Assembly: GCA_016219965.1 (NCBI GenBank)
Contig: JACRJM010000015.1
Location: 31,857-95,856, forward strand
DNA: 64,000 nucleotides
DNA from: Candidatus Schekmanbacteria bacterium
GTDB lineage: Bacteria > Schekmanbacteria > GWA2-38-11 > J061
Reading direction: 5' to 3'
Shown here: positions 9,339 through 18,832 of the stretch, one piece after another
Layout of the letters: every line of letters begins with the position of its first letter
Numbering within the stretch: the stretch's first letter is position 1
Made by a program: the position numbers and the translations under genes
Notes under the pieces: generated by a model
The model's database searches: none
Seen by the model: the letters and a program-made list of their open reading frames with translations, nothing else
Told to the model about the DNA's origin: nothing

Positions 9339-11324
9339 ATGAAATCAAATTATAAAACCTCTATCGAGTTTTGGAAAGATTTCTTAGAAAATTTATCTGA
9401 GATACATGGAATATTTTTGCAGTTAATTGGTAAGAATGGGGTTTCTTATTCTAAGTCATTTAATCAGCGGACAATATGTTCCTATCTGAAAAGATTCAAT
9501 AAAACTGTAGATGAATGTTCCAAATCCTGCCATGATCTTATACTAAAATGCATAGAAGAACGTGAAGTAAAGAGAATATCTTGCTACATGGGAGTAGAAT
9601 ACTTTGCAGTTCCAGTATTACTAGACAACGGTGAAATTGCCGCTGTTGCTGGAGGTAAAGTATTAACAACAATTCCCTATAGAGAGTCTTATGCTGAACT
9701 CTGTGAGAGATATGGCTTAGATTTAGATGAGGTATTAAATTCGATAAATGAGCTTAAGTTTATGAAAGATTCTGCAATAGATTCATATATTAAGATGATT
9801 GAAAAGTTCGGTAATAGTTCTGCTTCTGCTTTTTCAGATTTGAGAGAGCTTAAACGTAGTGAATATATTTTTAAGAAAAGTTTTGATGCTATGGAGGAAA
9901 TTTGTTCTTCTATTGGCTCATTAGAAAAATTTTATTTTGCCATCCTGAACTTTATTACAACTAATTTTAATATAAAAGATGCATCGCTATTAGTGATTAA
10001 TGAAAATCGATATGAAACAGTAGCGGACATAAGAGATTTTAAAAGCAAAGGCATATTTTCCCAGGTTAGTATATCTTCTACCTCTCATCTTATTGATCAA
10101 TTAAAGAACAGAGAAACTGGATATCTGGTAGTAACTGATCCCAGTAAGCTTGAGGAATTTGGTATTAAGTGGGGTACTCAATCACTTTCTATTTTCCCGG
10201 TTATAACTGGAAGCGGTATGTGGGGAATGATTCTTGTTTTTGATTTTATTTCGAATAATGAGCAAATGGATGATATTTCAAAGTTCTGTGTTAATTTGAA
10301 ACAAGGAATTGAAAACTTTTTAATTAAGGAAAAAATAGAAAGTATAGGACAGCAAAAAGTTGTATTTAAAAAAATTGTTGAAGATTTAAAAAAATATAAT
10401 GATGTTAATGAACTGTTAATAACAGTTGCTAACAAAATTGGCTGGTATTTTAATGCTCAAAGAGTTTCAATTGCGATTGTTGATGAAGAAGCTGGCAGGC
10501 TTGAGTTAAAGGCTGTGCGTGGAATAGATAAAAATATCATCAATAATGTTAAATACCTTGCTGAAAACAGCATCAGTAATCATGTTTTTAAATCTGGCAC
10601 TCCCATTTTTGTTAGAGATATAATGAATGATGAGAAATTTTCTAAAATGGCTCATCTTGGCTGTAATGGACGTGCTTTTGCAAGTGTTCCGTTAAGAAAT
10701 AATGGGACATCGCTTGGTGTTGTAAATTTGAGTGATATCACAGATCAGTCGAATTTGGATGAAGAGTATTTTGAGGCACTAGAGGATTTAATAAAGGTGG
10801 CGGCACTGATAATAGAGAAAGCTATTTGCAAGAAAGAATTAGGAAGTATAAACCTTAAATATGTCGATGAAACCACCGGTATTTATAACAAAAAATATTT
10901 TACTGAGTATGCAAAAAATACCATAGAAAATTCAAAAAGATATAACCGTAATACTTCTATTGTGCTATTAGATTTTGGCGAAGGGAATGGTATAAATGAA
11001 ATTAATGTAGAGGATAAGATGAGAACCACTGTAAATGATGCCAGAAAACTTATAAGACGCTCAGATATAATGGCTGCTTATGATAAAAACAAATTTGCTT
11101 TTTTATTGCCAGATACTGAAAAGGATGGAGCTCTTATTTTTGCAAGAAAGATTCAGGCGAAAGTTCATGATTTGATATTGCTTTCAGATAAAATTGGCGA
11201 AATAAAAGTTAAGGTTGGTGTAAGTACATTCCCAGATGATGGTGATACGTTGGGTGAATTGACATTTATTGCAAAGAATGCCCTTGGTGGTTCAGATAAT
11301 CCTTCATCTAGTTTCATAGAATAA
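9339..11324 (+). CDS. Multidomain regulator: Cys-containing N-terminal sensory region, two GAF domains, degenerate GGDEF (diguanylate-cyclase-like) domain
   Basis: GAF-like blocks at ~aa 190-500. C-terminal GGDEF fold carries DFGEG in place of GGDEF/GGEEF, so it is probably catalytically inactive. First gene after the sigma-54 promoter. Confidence 0.5.
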   Translation: MKSNYKTSIEFWKDFLENLSEIHGIFLQLIGKNGVSYSKSFNQRTICSYLKRFNKTVDECSKSCHDLILKCIEEREVKRISCYMGVEYFAVPVLLDNGEIAAVAGGKVLTTIPYRESYAELCERYGLDLDEVLNSINELKFMKDSAIDSYIKMIEKFGNSSASAFSDLRELKRSEYIFKKSFDAMEEICSSIGSLEKFYFAILNFITTNFNIKDASLLVINENRYETVADIRDFKSKGIFSQVSISSTSHLIDQLKNRETGYLVVTDPSKLEEFGIKWGTQSLSIFPVITGSGMWGMILVFDFISNNEQMDDISKFCVNLKQGIENFLIKEKIESIGQQKVVFKKIVEDLKKYNDVNELLITVANKIGWYFNAQRVSIAIVDEEAGRLELKAVRGIDKNIINNVKYLAENSISNHVFKSGTPIFVRDIMNDEKFSKMAHLGCNGRAFASVPLRNNGTSLGVVNLSDITDQSNLDEEYFEALEDLIKVAALIIEKAICKKELGSINLKYVDETTGIYNKKYFTEYAKNTIENSKRYNRNTSIVLLDFGEGNGINEINVEDKMRTTVNDARKLIRRSDIMAAYDKNKFAFLLPDTEKDGALIFARKIQAKVHDLILLSDKIGEIKVKVGVSTFPDDGDTLGELTFIAKNALGGSDNPSSSFIE

Positions 11325-11518
11325 CCTGTAAAAACGGTTTTGTAGAATTTTATTTCCAAATTATTCCATATTCAATCTTTTAACCTTCTGCTTTAAAATT
11401 CAACTAATTAGCTTGACTACATTCTTTTATATATTAAGATTCAATCATTGAAAATGTACATATTAATGAGCTGATATTTTTTCACGATATGAGTTACACC
11501 TCTAATTGGAGGAATTAG

Positions 11519-12337
11519 ATGAATTATTATAAAAAAGTTATGTTTATTTTATTATTTTTTTGTTTGTCTATAGTAGGTGTTTTGCGTGCATCAGACGAAT
11601 ATATAATTGGAGAAGAAGATATTATTGAAATATCAGTTTGGAAGAATCCCGAATTAAGTAAAGTTGTTGTTGTGAGACCTGATGGAATGATTTCATTGCC
11701 ACTTATAGATGATATCCAGGCTAAAGGCATGACAGCGCTTCAATTGAGAGATAAGCTAATTGAAAAACTAACAAAATTTATTGAAGTCCCTGATATTACA
11801 GTCACTCTTAGAGAAATCAACTCATATAAAGTCTATGTTATATATAACGGTCAAGGTCAATCTGGGGAATTTACTCTTAAACGAAATGTAAATCTTCTTC
11901 AGTTTTTCGCGAAAATCGGTGGTATTAAAGATATTGATTTGAAACAGTCTTATATTCTTCGTGATAATAAAAAAATTGATGTGGATATGAACAAACTTAT
12001 TGATGATAATGATTTGGCACAAAACATAGAATTAAAGCCAAATGATACATTTTTTTTTCAGGATAAATTTTCTTCTCGAATCACTGTAATAGGGCAGGTA
12101 CAGAAACCTGGTATTGTTAGCTACAGGAAAGGACTTACTTTGGTTGATGTTATATTGGAAAGTGGAGGAGTTACTGATTTTGCACGCTCTTCTGGTACAA
12201 AAGTAATTAGGAAGGCTGATGGGGAAGAAAAAATAATTAAAGTCGATATGGCTGATATATTGGAAGATGGAGAAATAGATAAAAATATTCCTGTAGAGCC
12301 TGGTGATACTGTGATTGTGCCAAAAGGATTCCTGTGA
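11519..12337 (+). CDS. Polysaccharide export protein, Wza/EpsA-like (Poly_export + SLBB), periplasmic/outer membrane
   Basis: Signal peptide, then ISVWKNPELS...VRPDGMISLPLIDDIQAKGMTALQL, typical of the polysaccharide biosynthesis/export family. Strong RBS GGAGG precedes the ATG. Confidence 0.75.
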   Translation: MNYYKKVMFILLFFCLSIVGVLRASDEYIIGEEDIIEISVWKNPELSKVVVVRPDGMISLPLIDDIQAKGMTALQLRDKLIEKLTKFIEVPDITVTLREINSYKVYVIYNGQGQSGEFTLKRNVNLLQFFAKIGGIKDIDLKQSYILRDNKKIDVDMNKLIDDNDLAQNIELKPNDTFFFQDKFSSRITVIGQVQKPGIVSYRKGLTLVDVILESGGVTDFARSSGTKVIRKADGEEKIIKVDMADILEDGEIDKNIPVEPGDTVIVPKGFL

Positions 12338-13614
12338 CCTGTATAAGAAAAACAATTTTACTTTTTTTGTTGGCTATTATTTTATCACTCTGTTTAATGG
12401 TGAATGCTAACTATTGTTGTGCCGGAGGTTTTGATTTACGTGGTTCTATTGGAGTTGATGAAGAATATAATGACAATGTTTTTCTGCTTCGTTCAAAAAA
12501 AATAGATGATTTCATGACTAGAGTGAGACCTATTGTTGATCTAACATACAGAATTAATGAAAAAAATTATTTAGAAACTAGCTATTCAGGTGAGGCAATA
12601 TTTCATAGGAAAAGCACACCCTATGTTAATGACGAAATGAGGCATACCCTAGATTCTCGATTACAAATAGCTCCACTGAATAATGTAGTGTTATTTTTGA
12701 AAGATGATTACAGCGAAATCCCAATAGATACGCGTGAACCAGATCGCTTTAAAGGTAGAAATCGTAACCTTACTGGAAAAAATGATTTCAATATTTCTTT
12801 GTCATATCTAAGGGATTATACTGCAACAATTAACACAGAATTTAAAGCCTATTATGATGATATAAGGATTAATTCTAATTCAATCAATAATAAAGAAACA
12901 GTGGGTTGTTCACTTCAATTGAATAAAATAATTTCAAATAATACTTCTATTTTTGGAAAAGTTATTGCTGAATCAGTAAACCAGAGTATAGCATCTGATT
13001 ATGATTTAATGTCATACCAGGGTGGTTTCACATATGAGCAACTTAAAAAACTTAAATTGTTTTTTACAGGTGGAGTAGTGAATAAAGATTATAAAACTGC
13101 AAAAAACCTCGATGAGTTTTTTTTAGAAGCAAATGGCGAATATGCAATACTTCAAAATTTATATTTAACTGGAAGTTTCAAAAAAGGTTTTGAAGATAAT
13201 GAAGAAAGAAGAAATGCGAAAAAAAATGCATATGAACTTAAGAATTATACTGTGGGGTTTGAATATAGGCTTATAGGAAATGGAGTGATAAAAGTTTCAG
13301 GTTTTTCGAATAAGAAAGATTTCAAACAAGCTAATAGAATGGATAAGTCAAAAGGGTTAGGATTAGATGGGACTATTTTTTTTACAAAATTAATGTCATT
13401 CATGTTTAATGTAAATTACAGTAAAAGTAAATTTCTGTCAGAAGAACAGAATAGAAATGATAAAACTTTGCTGTTAGGATGTGGAATATTTATTCATCCT
13501 TTTAGTTGGCTGCAGACAGGAGTTCGCTATCTTAGGACAGATAGGAATTCGAATATTAATATAAGAGATTATATTGTGAACCGCTATACTTATAATATAA
13601 CTTTATTGTTTTAA
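12334..13614 (+). CDS. Putative outer-membrane beta-barrel protein of the EPS export apparatus
   Basis: Signal peptide, alternating amphipathic strands, and C-terminal ...YNITLLF with a terminal Phe typical of OMP barrels. Its start overlaps the Wza-like gene by 4 nt. Confidence 0.4.
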   Translation: MTCIRKTILLFLLAIILSLCLMVNANYCCAGGFDLRGSIGVDEEYNDNVFLLRSKKIDDFMTRVRPIVDLTYRINEKNYLETSYSGEAIFHRKSTPYVNDEMRHTLDSRLQIAPLNNVVLFLKDDYSEIPIDTREPDRFKGRNRNLTGKNDFNISLSYLRDYTATINTEFKAYYDDIRINSNSINNKETVGCSLQLNKIISNNTSIFGKVIAESVNQSIASDYDLMSYQGGFTYEQLKKLKLFFTGGVVNKDYKTAKNLDEFFLEANGEYAILQNLYLTGSFKKGFEDNEERRNAKKNAYELKNYTVGFEYRLIGNGVIKVSGFSNKKDFKQANRMDKSKGLGLDGTIFFTKLMSFMFNVNYSKSKFLSEEQNRNDKTLLLGCGIFIHPFSWLQTGVRYLRTDRNSNINIRDYIVNRYTYNITLLF

Positions 13615-13623
13615 TAATGTGTT

Positions 13624-15138
13624 ATGGCTGAGACCTCTAAAATACATTTAAGAGATTATGTGGAAATTCTTTATAAGAGAAGGTTCTATTTTTTATCTAT
13701 ATTCTTTTTGATGACTACGATAGTTACGATCATAAGCTATTTTCTACCAAAGGTTTATGTTTCGACTGCATTAATACTTATAGAAAAACAACAAGTTATC
13801 AAGAATATGGTTGGTGGTGAAGGTGTTTTGAGAGAGGATATGAAAAGTAAAATAATGACTTATAATGAAAGAATAATAAGTACAAATAATTTATTGAGTG
13901 TAATTAAAAAACTAGATCTGGATGTTAATTTAAAAACTCCAAGAGCAATGGAAAACATGATTAACAAGATCAGATCCAATATAGATGTAACAGTTAAAGG
14001 AATTAATTTATTTGAGATAACATATGAAGATGAAGATCCAAAACTTGCTATGTTGATTACCAGGACTCTTACTGATAATTTTATCGAATCAACATTGAAT
14101 GAATCTAGAACTCAAAGTCACTCAGTATTTGATTTTATTAAAGGCATGGCAGAACAATATAAGAAAAACTTGGAAGATTCAGAAAACACTCTTGAAAATT
14201 TTAAGAAACAGCACATAGGTGAACTTCCGGGAGAAGTAAATTCTAATCTGACAAAACTTTCACAATTCGACTCAATGTATACCGAAACAAAACTAGCGCT
14301 TGATGTAGCATTTCTGAAAAAGAAGAAAATTGAAGAACAGATTGAAAAAGAAAAACCCTTTATCAATCCTCAAGGAGATACACGAGAAAGATTAAAATCT
14401 CTCGAAGCAAAACTCGCTCAACTAATGTCTATGTATACAGAAAATTATCCTGAGGTTAAGATGCTTAAAAAAATAATAGAAAACACTAAGAAACAGATAA
14501 GTGGAGAGATTCCTGATGGAACACCGGACAATCCTGAAATGGCTTTACCAAACCCCGTATATCAAAAATTAAAAGAATCATTAAGTGATGTAGAAATTGA
14601 AATAACTTCTTTGAATGGTAAACTTCAAAGCTATCAAAATAAGCTTAATGAATATTCTGATAAAGCTAAGTCAGTACCGGAACAGGAACAGGAACTTACA
14701 AAAATAACAAGAGACTATAAAGTAAATGAAGAGATTTATCAAATGCTTTTGAGAAGACTTGAAGAAGCAAGAATAACAAAAGAACTTCAGGCTGATGAAG
14801 AAGGTGAAAAATACAGAATAGTAGATCCTCCTTTAACGCCTATTAATCCTATCAAACCCAATAGAGCAAGAATAATGCTTATTGGATTATTATTAGGAGT
14901 TGGAGCTGGTATAGGTATAGTTGTATTGCTTGAATATTTTGACCATTCAATAAGAGAACTTAATGATGCCAAATCTTTTTTCCAAATTCCAATTTTAGGA
15001 ACAATTCCCGAAATATTACTTGATGATGATGTTAAGAGGATAAAAAAATATAATATAAGAGCAGCCCTACTGGGATTTGTCTATCTGCTAATGTTATTTG
15101 CTCTTATTATAAGAGAGTTTTTAAAATATAATTCATAA
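13624..15138 (+). CDS. Polysaccharide chain-length determinant protein (Wzz/GumC/EpsF family, PCP-2a transmembrane part)
   Basis: N-terminal TM, long coiled-coil periplasmic region, and C-terminal TM with the G-rich helix LIGLLLGVGAGIGIV. Confidence 0.7.
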   Translation: MAETSKIHLRDYVEILYKRRFYFLSIFFLMTTIVTIISYFLPKVYVSTALILIEKQQVIKNMVGGEGVLREDMKSKIMTYNERIISTNNLLSVIKKLDLDVNLKTPRAMENMINKIRSNIDVTVKGINLFEITYEDEDPKLAMLITRTLTDNFIESTLNESRTQSHSVFDFIKGMAEQYKKNLEDSENTLENFKKQHIGELPGEVNSNLTKLSQFDSMYTETKLALDVAFLKKKKIEEQIEKEKPFINPQGDTRERLKSLEAKLAQLMSMYTENYPEVKMLKKIIENTKKQISGEIPDGTPDNPEMALPNPVYQKLKESLSDVEIEITSLNGKLQSYQNKLNEYSDKAKSVPEQEQELTKITRDYKVNEEIYQMLLRRLEEARITKELQADEEGEKYRIVDPPLTPINPIKPNRARIMLIGLLLGVGAGIGIVVLLEYFDHSIRELNDAKSFFQIPILGTIPEILLDDDVKRIKKYNIRAALLGFVYLLMLFALIIREFLKYNS

Positions 15139-15160
15139 GTTATTTTAAGGATATAGATAC

Positions 15161-15985
15161 ATGAGCATAAAAAATGTTTTTCTAAATCTATTTCGAATGT
15201 CTTCATTTAAAAGAAAAAAGCCTGAGATTAATAATGATGTTGGGAATGTTGAATTAGAAGGAGATGCAGTAAATAGTTCAAAACAACTTAACTCAATTTT
15301 AGTATGCAACATGGATCAACGTTCTCCTATAGCAGAACAATACCGAAATTTAAGAAATCAAGTGTTATCAGAATCTAAAATAAATAATTACAAAATATTA
15401 AGCATAACGAGCTCAGTTAGAGATGAAGGTAAAACAACTACATGTGCAAATTTAGCCATCATGTTAGCAGCGAAACCAGAATTAAATATTCTAATTATAG
15501 ATGGTGATATGAGAATGCCGTCATTGCACAAATTATTTGGGATCCAAAATGATAATGGACTTAGCGATTTGCTTCAGTATAAAGCGGAATTCGAGTCGTG
15601 TGTTAGAAATACTTTTATAGATAATTTAAAAATGTTACCCGCTGGTGAACTTCCAAGTAGTCCCTCTGAGCTTATTTCCTCAATGAAAATGCGTGAGTTG
15701 TTAAGCTATCTTAAAACGAGAAAAGATATAGACTATGTTCTGATAGATACACCTCCACTAATACCAACTACAGATCCACGCGTTCTTGCTGTTTTGGTTG
15801 ATGCGTCTATTTTGGTAGTTAAAGCAAATAAAACATTTAGGGAAGCTATTTCGCATAGTCTTTCACTTTTTGGAGGAGGGAAAGTGCTTGGTGTTGTGCT
15901 AAATAATCTTAGCGGGTTATCATCATATTATCCTTATTATTATTCATATGCATATGGATATGATGATTATGAAAAAGGAGAGTAG
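15161..15985 (+). CDS. Protein-tyrosine kinase (BY-kinase, ParA/MinD-like ATPase; EpsG-type) with C-terminal tyrosine cluster
   Basis: Walker A SVRDEGKTTTCANLA and a C-terminal YYPYYYSYAYGYDDY autophosphorylation cluster. Encoded immediately after the chain-length determinant. Confidence 0.7.
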   Translation: MSIKNVFLNLFRMSSFKRKKPEINNDVGNVELEGDAVNSSKQLNSILVCNMDQRSPIAEQYRNLRNQVLSESKINNYKILSITSSVRDEGKTTTCANLAIMLAAKPELNILIIDGDMRMPSLHKLFGIQNDNGLSDLLQYKAEFESCVRNTFIDNLKMLPAGELPSSPSELISSMKMRELLSYLKTRKDIDYVLIDTPPLIPTTDPRVLAVLVDASILVVKANKTFREAISHSLSLFGGGKVLGVVLNNLSGLSSYYPYYYSYAYGYDDYEKGE

Positions 15986-15988
15986 GTT

Positions 15989-16003
15989 GGAAACAGGGTT
16001 TCC
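15989..16003 (+). promoter_or_regulatory. Perfect hairpin GGAAAC-AGG-GTTTCC just before the RBS of the REC gene
   Basis: Read directly from the sequence. Lies between the stop codon of the kinase gene (15985) and the TAAGGAG RBS (16006-16012). Confidence 0.2.
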
Positions 16004-16018
16004 CCTAAGGAGAAAATA

Positions 16019-16486
16019 TTGAGCAAAATTCTGTTTATTGATGATGACGAAACCATGAGAGAAGCGGTTTCTAGAGCTATTGGAACTATGGGACATATCT
16101 GTGAGACTGCTGCAGATGGGTTTGAAGGATTAAAAAAAATTAAAGAGGAAAATTATGATCTTGTTATAACAGATATGCGTATGCCAAAACTGGATGGAAA
16201 GGAGTTTACAAAAAGAGCTATTCAATTTGACAAAGGAATATTAGTAATAGTTCTGACTGGTTATGGCTCAGTTGAATCGGCAGTTGAACTACTGAAACTT
16301 GGGGCATATGATTATTTAGAAAAACCCTTGAATTTCGAAGATCTCGAATTTGTAATTAATAGAGCCCTTGAAAAGAAAAAGATGGAAGGACAATTGAGTT
16401 TTTTTAAGGGAATGATATATACACTGATAATATCAATTCCTATCTGGCTTATACTTGGCATAATACTTGCTGCTTTTTTATCTTAA
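16019..16486 (+). CDS. Single-domain response regulator (CheY-like receiver) with a C-terminal transmembrane helix
   Basis: Receiver motifs DDDETMRE, DLVITDMRMP and VLTGYG. Last ~25 aa are hydrophobic (LIISIPIWLILGIILAAFL). TTG start preceded by an AAGGAG RBS. Confidence 0.6.
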   Translation: MSKILFIDDDETMREAVSRAIGTMGHICETAADGFEGLKKIKEENYDLVITDMRMPKLDGKEFTKRAIQFDKGILVIVLTGYGSVESAVELLKLGAYDYLEKPLNFEDLEFVINRALEKKKMEGQLSFFKGMIYTLIISIPIWLILGIILAAFLS

Positions 16487-16500
16487 CTTGAAGTATCAAA

Positions 16501-17889
16501 ATGTACACTATACTGAATATCCCGATTAGAAAAACGCGATTATTGGGATTTTTGTTGTTTCTAAGTGAGACAATTCACATAATAATTTTTTTTTGTGTTG
16601 CGGCTTACATTCGCTATAATAGTTTTCATGATATTTCAAAACAGTTGTATTTAATCCCAATTTTCTGCCTCGTATATACTTCCTTCCTCTATTTCTTTGA
16701 TTTTTATAATTTAGAGTTTAGGATCACAAAGATCGGACTTATGATCCGCATAGCAATGGTTGATATACTGGGAACGTGTCTGATTATAATGGGGTCATAT
16801 TCATTTAATCTACTGATTGACAAAAAATTATTGTTCTATTGGTTTCTAATATTTCTTTTTTTATACCCTGTTTGGCGACAAATCTTTATTTTTATTACCA
16901 GGAAACCAATGAGACCAGAAAATATCTTGATAGTTGGTAACGACTGGTCTGTGGAAGAGCTTATTAAAGAGATAAATTACTCTCGATTTTCTTCTTATGA
17001 TATAAAAAGTATTTTGAGTGAGAATAACAATGATCCCGCGGAAATAGAGGGAGTTAAAGTTATTAATGGATCTTACAATTTAAAGGCACTCGTTAAAGAT
17101 CTTTCTATAGATAAAGTAGTTGTATCAACTTACAAGGAAATGCACAAAGACCTAATAACAGAACTTTTAGATTGTAGATTAATGGGAATTGAAATTATTG
17201 AGCTCCCTAACTTTTACAGAAAAATTACAGGGAAGATACCAGTAAGGCATTTTCAGAATTCTTGGTTTATTTTTTCAAATGGTTTTGAAAGAATAAGAAA
17301 GCCTTTTGTATTTAAGGTTAAGAGAATAATAGATATTTTTCTCACAATAGTAGGATTAATAATTGCGGCACCATTGATGGTAATAATAGCAATACTTATA
17401 AAGCTTGATTCAGACGGTTCAGTTTTTTATGTTCAAGAACGTCTAGGGCTTAATGAGAAACCATTTAAACTAATAAAATTTCGTTCAATGACAAAAGATG
17501 CTGAAAAAGAATCAGGTCCTGTTTGGTCAATGAAAAATGATTCACGTGTTTCCCGTGTTGGAAGGTTATTGAGACCGACAAGGCTGGACGAAATTCCTCA
17601 GCTTCTAAATGTTTTAAAAGGTGAAATGACCTTTGTGGGGCCGAGGCCGGAAAGGCCTTTTTTTATTGAAAGATTAAAAAAACAAATACCATATTATTCT
17701 CTAAGATTTGCTGTTAAACCAGGTATCACAGGATGGGCTCAGGTTAAATATCATTATGGAGATTCAGTTGAGGATGCTCTAGAAAAACTTCAATACGATT
17801 TATATTATATCCAAAACATATCTCTTATATTAGATATATATATACTGCTTAGAACGATTATGGTTGTTCTGAGTGGAAAAGAAAGATAA
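16501..17889 (+). CDS. Undecaprenyl-phosphate sugar phosphotransferase (exopolysaccharide priming transferase, WbaP/EpsB family)
   Basis: N-terminal TM bundle and a C-terminal bacterial sugar transferase domain (KFRSM..., VGPRPE, GITGWAQV). Confidence 0.8.
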   Translation: MYTILNIPIRKTRLLGFLLFLSETIHIIIFFCVAAYIRYNSFHDISKQLYLIPIFCLVYTSFLYFFDFYNLEFRITKIGLMIRIAMVDILGTCLIIMGSYSFNLLIDKKLLFYWFLIFLFLYPVWRQIFIFITRKPMRPENILIVGNDWSVEELIKEINYSRFSSYDIKSILSENNNDPAEIEGVKVINGSYNLKALVKDLSIDKVVVSTYKEMHKDLITELLDCRLMGIEIIELPNFYRKITGKIPVRHFQNSWFIFSNGFERIRKPFVFKVKRIIDIFLTIVGLIIAAPLMVIIAILIKLDSDGSVFYVQERLGLNEKPFKLIKFRSMTKDAEKESGPVWSMKNDSRVSRVGRLLRPTRLDEIPQLLNVLKGEMTFVGPRPERPFFIERLKKQIPYYSLRFAVKPGITGWAQVKYHYGDSVEDALEKLQYDLYYIQNISLILDIYILLRTIMVVLSGKER

Positions 17890-17899
17890 ATAATACAAG

Positions 17900-18817
17900 G
17901 TGCTTCCTATATCTACCCATAATGCCCTTACTATTGATGTTGAAGATTATTATCAGGTAAGTGCTTTTGAACATGTGGTTTCATACAGCGAATGGGGAAA
18001 TTATCAATCTCGCGTTACAACAAATACCTTAAAGATCCTTAATCTTCTTGATGAATCAGGAACAAAAGCAACTTTTTTCATACTTGGGTGGATAGCTGAA
18101 AAGTTTCCTGAGATAGTAAGACAAATTAAGGAAAAAGGTCATGAAATCGCAAGTCACGGTTATAAGCATTCAATAATTTATAATTTTACTCCTGAGGAAT
18201 TCAGAAATGATTTAAGAAAATCAAAATCTATATTAGAAAATTTGGTTGGAGTAAAAATAAAAGGATATAGAGCCCCGAGTTTTTCCATTACACATAACTC
18301 GATTTGGGCTTTAGAGATATTGTCTGAAGAAGGATTTGAATATGACTCAAGTGTATTTCCTATTTATCATGATCGCTATGGGATTCCATCAGCACGTTTT
18401 CACCCTTATAAAATTTATCTAAATAATGGGAAAACAATATTTGAATTTCCTCCACTTACGTATAGGTTTTTTGGAAAAAACTTACCGCTTGGAGGAGGAG
18501 GTTATATGAGACTTCTACCAGTACGCCTAATGATATGGCAACTGAAGAGAATTAATTTATGTAATATTCCAGGAGTTATTTATTTTCATCCGTGGGAGCT
18601 TGATCCAAACCAACCATTTATAGATTCTGGAAGTAAGCTAACTAATTTAAGACACAAAATTGGTCTAAAGAAAATGGAGGAGAAAATAATAAAGCTTTTA
18701 AAACATATAAACTTTAGTTCTATTGATTTCATCATTAATAACTATTCTTTCAATGATAAGGTTAATATTGCTGGCTTGCTAAGTAATAATTCTCATAAAA
18801 AATTAATAAATCTATAG
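17900..18817 (+). CDS. Polysaccharide deacetylase family protein (XrtA/PEP-CTERM-associated type)
   Basis: LTIDVEDYYQ, TFFILGW and EIASHGYKH motifs of the NodB/polysaccharide deacetylase fold. GTG start. Confidence 0.7.
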   Translation: MLPISTHNALTIDVEDYYQVSAFEHVVSYSEWGNYQSRVTTNTLKILNLLDESGTKATFFILGWIAEKFPEIVRQIKEKGHEIASHGYKHSIIYNFTPEEFRNDLRKSKSILENLVGVKIKGYRAPSFSITHNSIWALEILSEEGFEYDSSVFPIYHDRYGIPSARFHPYKIYLNNGKTIFEFPPLTYRFFGKNLPLGGGGYMRLLPVRLMIWQLKRINLCNIPGVIYFHPWELDPNQPFIDSGSKLTNLRHKIGLKKMEEKIIKLLKHINFSSIDFIINNYSFNDKVNIAGLLSNNSHKKLINL

Positions 18818-18832
18818 TTAGATAATTAATTT

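Noticed and set aside
11325-11345. Terminator after the GAF/GGDEF-like gene (AAAAC-g-GTTTT)
   Set aside because: The stem has only five A/T base pairs and no convincing T-tract. Read-through into the Wza-like gene is more likely.
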